A stretch of DNA of 64,000 nucleotides from Octopus vulgaris. Taxonomy: Eukaryota. Location of the stretch: assembly GCA_951406725.2 (NCBI GenBank), contig OX597817.1, forward strand, positions 121,892,001-121,956,000, read 5' to 3'. The position numbers and the translations under genes are program-made. Of this stretch, positions 1 through 13,600 are shown piece by piece (the first letter of the stretch is position 1; the number at the start of each line of letters is the position of its first letter). The notes beneath the pieces were generated by a model. It ran no database searches and was not told where the DNA came from. It worked only from the letters and a program-made list of their open reading frames with translations.

Positions 1-2612
1 TACGAAGCTGCTTCAACTGCCATACTAAAAAACCTTAAAAAAGAGATAGAGTGAAATGGGAAACGTATAACAAAAGCTGTTTTCCGAAGATGTTTTACAA
101 AGGCACTCCAAATGCTTATCTTTTTCATGAAAAGTTCTTTTAAAACGTGTACATGTTCTTTACCTGGGCAATTAGGCATTTTCGAAAGTAAGAGTTTAGA
201 GGAACGTAAATGATATAAGGAAAGTATGTTCCACTTTATTGTATTGTGAATACAACAACATTTGAAAATGCCTCTTCATGTTTTTTAACTATATATTTAT
301 ATTACCTAATCAATTGCGTACATGGTTTTTGGTATGTTAGGAAAATTTATGTTATATTAAATTGTGATGTCATGGAATTTGCAATCAGCTGAATGACAAA
401 ATATACAGGAAGAAAAATTGGTATACTTCCTAACAAATATTGGTGCTATTTCAATAGGCGATTGATTTAGTTCTTCAATATTACTGATACATATCAATAT
501 ACGACAGAACAATCTAGGGTAGTATTTGTATAAAACATTTGATATAGAAAGACTAGAACAACTAATGTAAAATATTAAATTTGATAGCCTGTTTTTACTA
601 CATTATTACTGATTGAGTGTTTATTTATGCACAATACAATTGCTTCGGGAAAAGAGCACTACCTATTAAATATTAAATATTATATTGATTCAGAAAGGAG
701 GAACAGGAACATCGAATCCGTTGTGAATTGAATTCAGTATTATAAAGCTTCGTGTGTTAATTTCTATTGTACAATCATCTATATTATACATGTGCTCATT
801 TTGACAATTTCTATTGAATAAATACTACGTGAAATCGTCATAAACAAACATATATGTTGCTCCAGAATCGATTGTGAATAGCTACTGACCCGGTACGTAC
901 ATATTATATATTTAAATGTTTTCCTTAATTATATAATTATATAATTAATTCTATTCAGCATTCGCTTTTTCTCTATAAATATCAATTGATTTCAACAAAC
1001 ACATCCATAGGAAACATACTGGACATGTACATATATATCTTATTTACTGGTTTTACATAATATTTATGATCAGGAACGTGAATGGTGACATATGTCAGTC
1101 ATGTGGGGTTTATAAGAAACAAATGTTCGGCTCTTCGAATTCCTCATTAGTGTCACGAAATTTCAATGTTGAAGACAACGTTTCGTTCAAACGATTTGTA
1201 AATACAACCCATGTGTAGTTGCAGTCAAAATCGTTAATTGATAACTAATCTGTTATATTATAGTGCTGCTAAATTAAGTTAATATTAATCCCAGTTTTGA
1301 CTAGGAAACCTGATAAAATATCCCTTTTTCATTCGAAGTGATCATAAAATCGATCGCAAGTTCGAAGTAATCACTAAAGCCGGCAAAATACTTGGTGTTA
1401 AACAGAAAACTTTGAAAGCTTTTAATAACGAAGATTTCTTGATCTTCAGTAATAACTGAAGATTTCAAACTTCAAAGATCTAACAGTGAAGTGGTATATT
1501 ATTATGACTTAATATGCTTCATTTTCATTGTGTTTATTCAATTTAACTTCTCAAAATAGATTTCAAATTTTAGCACAAGTCCATTTTAACTTGTCAATAT
1601 TGGCATATGGATGACATAGATGATTGGACAATGGGAAATTAGACAAGGGGTAGTTCAATTCGTATCTGATTCGACTTTTCTCCTTTTATCTTTCCGGAAT
1701 CATTTTTCAGTTTCACTTATAATTTTAAATACTTATGCAAGACAAAGCTACTTCTTATAATAAGGAAACCCACAGTGAAATCGATTCTCTTCAAGAGTAA
1801 TTAATATGACATTATTTCCATCCTTTATCGCTCAAGACGAGATTAGTTTCAATTAGTTATCCATTCAAAGACAGAATTGACTATCATTGTGATTAGTGAA
1901 GCAAATGCAATGGATTTCAGAGTCGATAGTGCATCTTCGAATTTTCTTCTCATATTTAGGGACATTCCCTTTAGTTGCGCGTTCAGATTTCGCTGATGAC
2001 ATCTTGGTCTTTCATCCTTCCTGCGTCATAAAATCACTTCCAGTTATCTCATTTAAGCAATATTATTAAATCTACTCTCCACCAAAATATGAACTAGCTT
2101 TTGCCTATGTAATATATTATCACTAGCTAAAGGGATTACTGCATAAATTTGTGTATCACAATTGCGCTTTATAAATATAAATCTATAAATCTCCTGAAGA
2201 TATATCATTATACGAGAAGTATGACGGGAAAAATTCTTTTATATCATTTTTCAAGCAGAAGTTAAATATTTATATATATACAATTCCATTAATAAGCATA
2301 CACAATGTTTTTAAATATTTGTAATAAAGCCAGACATATATAACAAACAAATAAATGATTTCCATTGCAAGTAAACAATTACAGATATATATTTTAGAAA
2401 GAATATCTTCATACAGAAAAATTATTTAATACACTTGCTGAATCACTTACTACAAATTAATGCAAGCAAAAGTCAGCAGGTGAGACTTTGATAGCTGAGC
2501 TCGTTAAAAATGGCTGCACAAATTGTGACACATAAAAAGAGATATCAATGAAGCTACCTATCAGTATACACAATTATCATCAGACTTACTTTTTTAATCA
2601 TAATCAGTAATG

Positions 2613-2760
2613 TGGTGAGCTAGCAGGATCCTTAGCACGCTGGAAAATTTGCTTTGCGATATTTCGTCCGTTTTACGCTCAAAGTTCAAATTCTTCTGAG
2701 ATAAAACGCATTTCATACTTCTAGTGTTGACAAAATAAGTACAGTTGAGCACTGGGTAGA
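2613..2760 (+). mobile_element. Degraded tRNA-derived SINE, family A
   Basis: ggtgagctagcaggatccttagcacgc...gttcaaattc...aaaataagtacagttgagcactggg aligns by eye to the better copy at 7830-8056. Confidence 0.7.
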
Positions 2761-3260
2761 CTTCTGCTAAAACTTGAAACCAATATTCGCAATCTCTTTT
2801 CATCTATCTATTTATATATATATATATATATTTATCAATTTTCCAATTGAAAACTATAAAATGTGCCACTAAACAGCTCTAATGATGCCAAAATATAACC
2901 GTTCCTTTCGATTATTCTTTCAAAATTTTGAGCCACTCTAAATTGCTAGTCATAACTACAATCAGTCGGACACTCGCGTGCCCAAGAGCATTGGAGCCCA
3001 CTAACACTCACTTACTCACAAGCACATACACACTCATACTTACACAAAAGCACCTTCACACATACACACATACACACACACACACACAAACACACATAGA
3101 CGCACACAGACGCGCGCACGGACACAAACACACAGGCGGCCAAGAAAGACTTCGGGAGCAAGATTGAAATTCACAATAACTTGAGAATTTTCTACTCGCC
3201 CTTTCTCACTGAAACTCTGCATACTCTGCAAGAGTGAAGAATGTCATACATAAATGTGTG

Positions 3261-3329
<69 letters not shown>

Positions 3330-3335
3330 CGTGTG

Positions 3336-3378
<43 letters not shown>

Positions 3379-3382
<4 letters not shown>

Positions 3383-3632
3383 AAAGAAGTAGCAAGGATA
3401 TCCAGAAGTAATGCAGTACGATCGTTTCATGCAACTCCATTTAAATGAACAATGCAATGATAACATGATTGCATTGTTCAATTGAATGGAGTTACATGAA
3501 ACGATCGCACACCATTATCTCTGGGTATCCTTGTTGCTTATTTTGATTTTAATCACCTTACTTAGAAATTGTATGGATAATACCGTACTAAATTCTGGTG
3601 CCTCAACTTAAGTACCATATTCATCTGAATAC
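3379..3632 (+). mobile_element. Fold-back insertion in (TA)n, probable Penelope-like element 3' end
   Basis: Imperfect ~80-bp inverted arms (3379-3458 / 3468-3547), 9-nt spacer and ~85-nt unpaired tail, with (TA)n on both sides. The arms carry the HHR 3' half GAAACGATCGYA. Confidence 0.7.
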
Positions 3633-3656
3633 ATATATATATATATTTTTTTTTTG

Positions 3657-3871
3657 TACTTGTTTCAGTCATTTGACTGCGGCCATGCTGGAGCACCGCC
3701 TTTAGAGTGGTGAAAGAGTACAGCAGGGATCACCACCATCCCCTGCCGGAGCCTCGTGGAGCTTTTAGCTGTTTTCGCTCAATAAACACACACAACGCCC
3801 GGTCTGGGAATCGAAACCGCGATCCTCCGACCGCAAGTCCGCTGCCCTAACCACTGGGCCATTGCGCCTCC
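3657..3871 (-). mobile_element. Chimeric SINE: tRNA(Arg)-like family C head joined to family B 3' end
   Basis: 3705-3871 matches 35161-35324 (head ggaggcgcaatggcccagtggttagg...gtttcgattccc on the minus strand); 3657-3703 matches the 3' end of 49372-49774. Confidence 0.8.
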
Positions 3872-3919
3872 TATATATATATATATACATACATACATAC
3901 ATATAAATATATATATAAT

Positions 3920-4185
3920 ATTAAGATGAACATTCAAGTATATGCAGATAGACATTTATATATTTACAGAACAAATTTACATTGATTACAAATGAGGCAT
4001 AAAACAAAGAGGAGAGCGGATGATATTTCAGGTCTAATAGCTGTTTCTTTGGGCTTGCAATTGCGTAATATTTGCAATGCTGGCTGATGAAGTGTGCGAA
4101 AGTTTATGAATATATGACGTCTTCAAGTATGAAGTTAGTAGAAAAGACAACAAAAAAAGGTTGCGAATGTTTTATAAATACAAGT
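3920..4185 (-). mobile_element. Possible decayed PLE 3' end
   Basis: Ends at (TA)n; minus strand carries agaaacagctattagacc, like the GAAACAGCTGTH motif of other relics here. Confidence 0.35.
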
Positions 4186-4189
4186 AATA

Positions 4190-5200
4190 GTTTTATTCAT
4201 CAAAGTATGCACCCATACTGTCAATACACTTTTGTCATTTACAGCGAGAGCTTGACCAACCCGGAACTGTAAAAGCCTGGCAATCTAAAGTCAATAAAAT
4301 CTTAGAAGCTCTGTTTAACAGCATCGTCGGAATTAAATTTCTTTCCTATCAGAAAGTTATCCAAATTCTGGAAGAAGTGGTAGTCAGTGGGGACAAGATC
4401 AGCTGAGTATGGTCGATGACGGAGAACTTCGAACTTCAGCACCTGTAGTTTCGCCAATGTCATTTTTTCGATGTGTGGTCTGGCGTTGTATTGCAATAAA
4501 ATAGGAGTGGATCTGTTGATTAATTTAGGCTGTCTTTTTGTAAGTTTCTGCATCATTTGGTCCAGTTGGTAGCACTATACTTCGGCTGTGTTTGATGACC
4601 CACATTTAATGAAATCATAATGGATCACACCTGCGCCAGACCACCAATCACACACCATCAGCTCCTTTTGATGAAGTCTAGTTTTTGGACTTTGTTTTGG
4701 TGGTTCGTCTTTGTCCAACAATTGTGCTGAACGTTTACGGTTGCTGTATTGGATCCATTACTCATCACATGTTACTAAAATGATTAATTTTTGTGACGAG
4801 AAAGTAGCATAATGCAGGCTTCCAAACATTGCTGTTTCTGATTTTCATTGAGTTCATATGGAACCAACTTATCTAATTTTTTTCACTTTACCGATTTGAA
4901 CTGGGTGAGTCAATATTTTTTGCTTGCTAAGACCAAGCAACAACGATAATTAACGGGCACTTTGAGATGGATCTGATTCAACAGTGGCTTTCAGTTCGTC
5001 ATTACTCACCTTTGCTATTTTGTGAGGTCAAAGTTACCAGAACGAAATTTTGCAAGGCAATTTATACTGTCTGCTCTGTAATAACATTAGAATAAAATAC
5101 TCCATTAATATTCCGAGCTGTCTGTGATGCTGTATTTCCAAGAAAGAATTCATATTTCAGAACTCTACTAATTTCCGACGTATCTATTTCTAAGCAAATA
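4190..5200 (-). pseudogene. Decayed mariner (DD34D-type) transposase
   Basis: ORF 4302..4556 reads PILLQYNARPH...LRHRPYSADLVPTDYHFFQNLDNFL, matching mariner HDNARPH / HPPYSPDLAPSDY motifs; frameshifted flanks continue the similarity. Confidence 0.9.
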
Positions 5201-5370
5201 TAGTAAAACATGATTTATAAATACTTTATAAAGTGCAAAAGGTTTTCCAGATACCTTACTACAAATTTCATACTAGATGACATATTACAACCAATATTTG
5301 GCGCATATAAACTTTACTGTAAATCCGGCATCCATCTTCTGAATTGAGAAATTCACGCGCGCACACACAT

Positions 5371-5426
<56 letters not shown>

Positions 5427-5427
<1 letters not shown>

Positions 5428-5764
5428 ACAATTGCAGCGTGGAAGGTGTTTGTAAGCCATTTAAGAAACACACAAAAGCCGTTCGATTCACTTCAACATT
5501 TAAGTTTAATTTGTCAAAATATTTTCGTCGCTAAAATCCGCGACCTGTTCACTGACAAAAATCCGTGCTGCATTTTTGTCAGTGAACAGGTCGCGGATTT
5601 TAGCGAAGAAAATATTTTGACAAATTAAACTTAAATGTTGAAGTGAATCGAACGGCTTTTGTGTGTTTCTTAAATGGCTTACAAACACCTTCCACGCTGC
5701 AATTGTTTTCGTTCCAGCACACGATCTCAGATCAAATCACTCGCTATGCGAGTACATCTCCGAA
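5427..5764 (+). mobile_element. Near-perfect fold-back insertion in (TA)n, probable PLE 3' end
   Basis: 136-bp inverted arms (5427-5562 / 5572-5707) with one mismatch seen, 9-nt spacer, ~57-nt tail, (TA)n flanks. Confidence 0.8.
5510..5559 (-). ncRNA. Minimal type I hammerhead-like motif with G3-C8 core variant (mirror copy at 5575-5624 +)
   Basis: TTTGTCA-GTGAACA-G-GTCGC-ggatttta-GCGAC-GAAA-atat-TT-TGACAAA: 7-bp stem I, 5-bp stem II, GAAA, palindromic stem III region. Confidence 0.55.
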
Positions 5765-6535
5765 ATATATATATATATATATATTCGAATTATGCAGCAA
5801 ATGTAACTTTATAGAAAAACCTTTATTAATGTATCATACTTAACGTGTGTATGGAGTTGAAAATCCAGAGGCTGCCGTTTTACGTCCTAAAAACATCACA
5901 TTATAGATGTATTGTGTAGATACTATATGGTTGAAAGCAAAACGACAGGAAATCACCCCAGAAGTGGCTGAAAGTGTTTCCTATGTGTCTCCATGCTGTT
6001 GTGGCTTGTCAGTGACATGTACTCGTGCTACTTTCTAAATGAAATTGAATCACTCAGTCTGAGGTACAGAGAAATTGTGTATAACTCTACACTGATTTGC
6101 AATAGTACTGCATGTTTTCAACGACACACATACGCTGTTTATATTGGTAAAGTTCTTCCATGCATAATGCATATATACATACACACATACAAACATATGT
6201 ACACATATACATACAAACATATATACATACGTGAATACTCGTCCAAACAGATGATGATGTTCTCGTTAGGAGTTTGAAAGACTCATCCTATTGAAAGTAT
6301 TACTCTTGGGTAGAATCCATGATGTAATTTATTTTGCATGGCATTTTTAACTCAGTGTCCCACACAGCGCTTCACTATTATATCCACATCGCGATATCAT
6401 AGTTAGATCCAGGCATAATTGCATCAGTGTGCAGGTAATTTTAATACTGTACGATATTGAGCTTATAACAACCTAAACTATACAATTATAAGGCAACACA
6501 TGTATGGATGTGGTGTGTTGATCAGGGTATTGAGC

Positions 6536-6633
<98 letters not shown>

Positions 6634-7311
6634 TGCGTGTCTGTGTGTCTGTGTGTGATGTGTGTTTGTGTGAGTGCGTGTGTGTATTTTGGCGAAAATC
6701 TCAGCGTCACGCCGATCCAAATTCAGAGGACAATTGAAAGCTTCGAATAAAAACAAAATGAACGTGAGAAATTACAAGTCAGAACACAAATTTCTTTTCA
6801 TCACATCTTGTCATTTTGTGATGTTCAACACCAAGGGTGGTAATTTCAATCTCCCTTTAGATTTAAACATAAAATCGGCAAGGTAAATCTATCGATATAT
6901 CACAAATAAAACGTTAAAAGAAGCAGCTTTTCGGCTGACAAAATAGGAGATATGATATAATAACGGATATCAAAGGGAATGTAAAAAAAACCCTACAAAA
7001 CTGGGTACTAATTTAAGATGGCAGTTCTAAAATATGAAAACTTTGGCTGTTATTGCCAGCTGCATAAAATGATATTTTGTCAGATCCAGATTCGAAAGGT
7101 AATTATCAATGAGCACATTTCTCTCTTCATGCCATTCAGTGTTACGTGTTCTCGGTTATTTCTTCAGAGTACGTAGCTAGTTTATATCATCACATGGCCA
7201 GTTTGGCTTCTTCTCTCTCTCATTCTTTCTCTCTTTTTGTCACACACATGCATGTACGCACGCACACACACATACACACATACACACACGCACACGCAAA
7301 TAGTGTTTATA

Positions 7312-7784
7312 CAGAGTGTCTCAAAAGTAACTGATGTGTTTCAATTTTTAATAACTTTCTTAACTTCATAAATAAATGCATGAAATCTTGATACAATATA
7401 AAGGGCATAATGGAAACTCATATACACAAGTCAAATTGTGCAACACTCCTATATCACACACGAAAAATGACGTCTCTTAAATGGCAGCCATTTTCGGGTT
7501 CGCACGCCCAAAAGTCAATAGAGAAACCGGAGAAGTAGGGTCTGAAATTCTTGAGGGTCTTATGGTGCAAGTTTTGGAAAGAGCACGGGCATACGAAGCC
7601 GAAAATGACTGCCATTTAAGCGATGTCATTTTTCATATGTGATGTAGAGGTGGTGCAAAGTTTGACTTGTGCATATTCATTTCCATTATGTCCTTTATAT
7701 TGTATCAAAATTTCATGCATTTATTTGAGAAGTTAAGAAAGTTATTAAAAATTGAAACCCATCAGTGACTTATGGGACATCCTG
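7312..7784. mobile_element. Tc1/mariner-derived MITE
   Basis: TA|cagagtgtc ... gacatcctg|TA ends, ~200-bp imperfect terminal inverted repeats (~7312-7509 / ~7586-7784), no coding capacity. Confidence 0.85.
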
Positions 7785-7829
7785 TATTAAATTTAAACGT
7801 TTCTGACGATCTGGAAGGATCGTTAAGAT

Positions 7830-8056
7830 GGCGAGCTGGCAGAATCATTAGCACGCCGGGCGAAATGTTTACCGATATTTGGTCTGCCGCTACGTTCTGA
7901 GTTCAAATTCCGCCGAGGTCGACTTTGCGTTTCATCCTTTCGGGGTCGACGACATAGTTACCAGTTACGCACTGGGTCGATGTAATCGACTTAATCCCTT
8001 TGTCTGTTCTTGTTTGTCCCCTTTATGTTTAGCCACTTATGGGCAATAAAGAAATA
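7830..8056 (+). mobile_element. tRNA-derived SINE, family A
   Basis: Head ggcgagctggcagaatc, B-box-like gagttcaaattcc, central gtcgactttgc.tttcatcctttcggggtcga; many copies in the window. Confidence 0.9.
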
Positions 8057-8186
8057 TAAATTAATATGAAACCTGTTCTCACTATACTTGAGGTATATTG
8101 TTGTCAAATATATCATTTACGAGTATGTAGACATGTACCTATATATGTGTGTGTGTGTTTGCATGAATACCCACACGCACACACAC

Positions 8187-8278
<92 letters not shown>

Positions 8279-8829
8279 GAAGACATATATATAGTGCTAC
8301 ACCGATTGTTGTATCTTCCTGTTTATGTTGTAACGAACCTTTCCACAAATTATATGTGAATATAGAAATTAAAAATGATATATAATGAGAATAGAAATGC
8401 CGCAACGCCTACACATATTGCATTGAGTACAGTTTTGTAAAAACATCATCGAAGAACTTCGTGATATAATATTCATGTGTATAATTTAGATGTTCCCTAA
8501 TTTTTAAAAAAAATCAAAAAAGACTGCAACCTGACGCCATAAATTACGACTGTCCTCAGTATCTAAACCATAGTAACACTAGAGACAGCGCAATAAAGCT
8601 AGAAAGATAATCATCAAGAACTACTGGCATACGCATTTAATCAAAGTCTGTTGAATGTTTGGAAAAAACAGCTGCTGATAAATGAGTTACATAGAAGCAA
8701 AACTAATTCAAAAATACTGTAGATTTCAGGGAATTATAACATATCCTTCATAGTAAATATTACTACATTCATTGATTGGTTCTGCCTTACTCATGGACTG
8801 ATATGCTATTTGGATTTTTTATTCGATTT

Positions 8830-8950
8830 GCAGGATTCTCGAGGTGAAGTATTCGTGCGTTGAAACAGATAGATGTTAAGACGGCCATTTTACCAATAAA
8901 ACACACGTATTGGTTATATCCAGTGTCTTTTTATTGCTATTTATAACATT
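8830..8950 (-). mobile_element. Old PLE 3'-end fragment related to 18440-18735 and 31494-31703
   Basis: gtgaagtattcgtgcgttgaaacagatagatgtt...ccaataaaacacacg resembles gtgaagtcgtgtgttgaagcagatattgtt...aataaacacacg. Confidence 0.55.
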
Positions 8951-9652
8951 GTATAAATGCTTTATTCTTAAGAAATGTAGCAAGCATTCAATATGAAGGA
9001 CACGATATTATGCCAATTATTGTGTGACATGCAGGAATTCATTTGAGAATGCCTTCACCCCATAAAAGAAAATTTAGTATCAGTCAGTGATAAAAGTTTT
9101 ACGGTTTCCCCTTTCATTGTCAAAATTTACAAAATATCTATTCCGTCTACGAAAATGCGATCTTGAAGTAGAAATATGCATTCACTCTTTACTATATATG
9201 TAATTTTTACGTCTACGTATAATATATATATATATTCCATCTCATATATTTATGAACATATATGTATATACATATATATGTACACACAGACATAGAAACA
9301 AAGACACACGCACACGTGCGTGGGGTAAGTACGGATAAACGGCTAAATCGTTGTATTTCCAATGCTTGCACCGGAGGATACACGAATTTTAAATAAAATG
9401 GAATGTGTGTCTTCATGAATTCCAGGATTCTTGCTTCGTAGGAAAGAACGCAGAAAGTGGTTTTGATGTCACACTGTTTGCATTGACTGCACTGAAACAA
9501 GTGGAATAATAGGGTTTTTCTGCTTAACTAAATTGAAATCGCCGTTAATGGCATTAGTGTGTTTGTAGAGGGTTGACAGCTTCAGGATATCAAGCAGTGT
9601 AAACGTTCCGGCACCGTATTGAAACGATTACATTAAATAAATTAGGCATAGT

Positions 9653-10642
9653 ATGACGTTTGAAGCGGTATCTAAAGCGGTAAACTGTTTGGATTTGGCA
9701 CTGAGGCTAAACTCAAAATCCAGTGTATCCTTTAAGAAACCAATTATATATTTGTACCAAATCTCCCGGTCAATGAACGTCATCAAGCATGTACCAATAA
9801 GCGTCAGTAACAAGGTATGTCTTATGTGCTCTACCGTATAATGTTAGATACACATTAAGTATGGCATGTTACAGTGGCTGCAGAGTAATATAAATCAAGC
9901 AGTTAACTGATGCAAAGAAAGAATAAAGTACTTACGAGTATCATATAAGGACTATCCTAAAACCCGGCAAGAAAATATACACTATACACTACATACTACA
10001 TGTTAGTGTTTCAAACTATACTCCATTGTGAATCAAAAATAATTTTCTGAGTGAGTATAAATTCCGCCAGTTGTTAACTAAGAACAATAAACAATTGAGT
10101 TGCAGATGTATAAAAAAATATGTAATGGCCATTCACTACCACGACATTTTCAAGATAACTTACAATTGACGAAATATAGAGCTTTGATTCTAAAAATCTG
10201 ATGCTATTATATTTTACAGTCTTCACCAGCGACTCAGCAAATCGCTCAATCGATCATTGAAACCTCATTGATACTAAAGCTAAATATCATTCTCGAACGG
10301 TCCCAAGAAGAAGTTCACAGCATACTCTATGTACATCTGGAAATCTCTCGACGGATGTGTACTTATCAGCATCATACAAGCAGTGGCACACAAGGCGCAG
10401 GTATTTAGAAAATATTTAAAGAGGCGCTGTTTATAATAACTGTCATTTACACAGAAACAAATTAATTTCGATGTTTCAACACAGCTCAAATTATTCTTTG
10501 TGAGTTGGAAAATCCACTTCTTGATACACACCAGTGACACCAACAGAATTGCACTGCATAAACTCTTGGCATAACGTAATGCTATTAGTTATGTTTATTT
10601 TCAATTTCAGTACCTGGAGAATTCAATCGAATGGAAACATGA
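9653..10642 (+). CDS. Candidate three-exon orphan ORF (9653-9814, 10220-10400, 10611-10642; ~124 aa)
   Basis: ATG with A at -3; donors AAG|gtatgt and CAG|gtattt; acceptors ttttacag| and tttcag|; phases join into one open frame. No recognised homology. Confidence 0.25.
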
Positions 10643-13600
10643 TCCGCGACGTAATCTGCATTTATATAACGCGTACATAATCTATCAGACTTCCACATAC
10701 ACCCAACAGAAAACCGCATTGAACACACATATATTTTTAAAAGTCAGAAATACAGAAACAGAGAGAGAGTGAAACTGAAGTAGACAGACAAGCAAAGATA
10801 ATATAAAGCAGTCGATTTCTATTCTAAAATTATTCAAATTAGCATTATTCAGTCTTGCATTAAAAACATATTTTAATATATTGCTTGTAAACTACATTTT
10901 CTACGGCATATCTTTAAATCTGCTATTCAGTAGAATTATTCAAATCCTAAATATATTTCATTGATTTGATTTTCTTCTAATTTTAAAAGATACAAGAAAA
11001 CAATAATATCAGAAAACGACAGAATATTATTATGTAAATACACTAATACTTATATATATTTCTGCATATCTCTCGGAGTCAATAACTTGGCTAATCATAC
11101 AAAATGCAAAAGATAACAAACCCTAAATACAGAATGTTTAAAATAAACATTTCATTCCTCTTACATACATCGATCCCAATACTAATCAAAGAACATAAGA
11201 ACGATGCTACAGGCTTAATTATATATGTATGCGTTTGTGTGTGCGTGTGTGCGTGCGCGCATGCTCGTGTGTGTGTGTATATATATATACACACACATAT
11301 ACATGAATATATATACATCTATATACATATATACACAAACATAAATGTATACGTTCATATGTCTGTATATGTGTGTGTATCATAATTAAACTATTTCTAT
11401 TATCTAAGTCGTATGATTACTATTTTGCTCTTGACAGTTATACTACCTGGAAAGGGAATCGTCATTTGATAAATTGATGAAAGAAGATTTATTAAAATAA
11501 AAATTAGTATACAAATCGTAAGAATCGAGTGAAAAGAGCTGAAAATAGTTTCTTTTTTTAACTCCCATTAAGAGAAAAATATTTAAACGAATGACAAATA
11601 TTATTTCCCATTTCAATTGAATGGACACTAACATACAACCTCGTATGTTAGTGATAAAATCCCCTTTGTATGCGTTGGCAAAAAATATAGACCCAGACGC
11701 GATAATATAGTAAAGGAACTTGGTTCACTACAACGGGGCTTCATGTTCGATCCTACTATATTTTACGTGTGAAGTGCGTGTGTCTTTTGCGACCGACAGA
11801 AATTTATCTATGCGATAAAAAATGTAGTAGAATGTAAATAACATCGTTAGATCTATCTATCTATTTATTTGTATTTCTATTACTCTGTCTGTCTACCTAC
11901 ATAGCTAGCTAGCTGTGTGAGTGCGTGTGTCTGTGTGCGTGTATCTCGACTACAAAACATAAATTGAACAACGCTTCAAATGAAGCCGTTTTAGAATAAT
12001 TATCCTGCACCGAATTACATTACGCTCCTTTGACATTGTCGCTTTGAGGAATGTAATGAACCAGTGATTGGCCTGCTAGAAACCTGTAATTAACGGCGTT
12101 ATTGTCCATCAATTGCGATCAAAAATAACATATAGAAAATATAGTTAATTCGCGTCTTCGTTCTGTTAATTAGTTTTTCATATTCCTCAAAAATGTACCA
12201 TAGTCATAGTCAAAATGTCTTCTTAAATGCTTTTGTATGATTTAATGTACAAGTAGTAATGGAAACTTGTATTATATTGCATTTTAATTATGTCTAATTT
12301 CAGTAAATAAATGACATGTTATGTCGTATTAAAGTAGTATAAAATTTTAAATGGGAGGAATTAATAGATAAATATAAACCTTTTAAAACGTACTTTCGTA
12401 TGGTAATTTATGAAAGAAGATAATAAATATAACGACTGGGTAAACACAAATTAAATTCGGATTGCTGTAGTTTTAATGTTTTATTTGCTCATTTATGAAG
12501 AAATAATTTTCTTGAAACGTGTACGTTTTTGACTTGTGTGCAATTATACTATATTAAATTATATAGCAAACATTTTAGATATTCAGCTTCTCTGCTAGAC
12601 TTCATTACTTACAGATGCAGTCTGACAGAATACTATTTTACTACATTACAATTATTTTCAGTATGATTACATCAATAAGACATATCCTTTGGTTGATTAG
12701 TTGTTAGAATGATGCATTTAAGAAAGTGAAATAGTATAGAAACAGCGAATTGCTTACATTGGTTTTGTTTTATCCAACTACAATATGAATAAAATTACTT
12801 CTAGACTTCATATAATAAGTATCATATTTATACTTAGTTTTACAGATAGAGGATTGGATATTGTCAACGTAGTGGGAAGAATTAAATGGATCGGAGGTTT
12901 CCATTTAAATCTCAGCAGTTGAGAGTGATACCATATTATATCTTAATAATCACTTTCTTAATGTAAGTTCTTTATTACAATGAACATAGTAATCATCATA
13001 ACTCAGCATGTATTCATTATTAATTAGAATCAATTTTCTATGCACAATTTGGCCAATTTTTCTAACACTGTAATTAAAACTATTTATCTATGTGGTTTAT
13101 TCTTACATATGTCTTTGTACAATTTCCCGTTTATCTCCCCAGCAAGGTTTTAAAAGGGAAATAAGTTTAGAATTTAACAAATATAACACCATTTGATGTT
13201 TCATGGAAGAGCAACATTATTATCATAATAAAAGAGGACTCTGTATCAATAAATATTGATTTATGTTTGAAACTGAATAATTCATATAGCTATTTTGAAG
13301 AATGGTGGTTTCATGTTTTTGAGAAAACTCCTATATTTTAGTGAGGCGCAATTGTATGTTGTAACATTTGGATATGAAATTGATTGGAACAAAACTTTAA
13401 ATCAATTCACTGTTTCATTTCCACGGGTGCCTCTTGTTATAGATCCATTGACGCATTTGTGTAATAAAATATATGATTCGATATTTGAATGCGTCATAGA
13501 ATGCATATATCTCAACCCTATTACATAATATGAAATGATTTTATTTACTACCAATACGTTCATGCTAATTGTACTAGATGTATTTTAGGCAATGATAAAA

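Noticed and set aside
5344-5843. Near-identical ORFs on both strands
   Set aside because: An artefact of the 136-bp palindrome.
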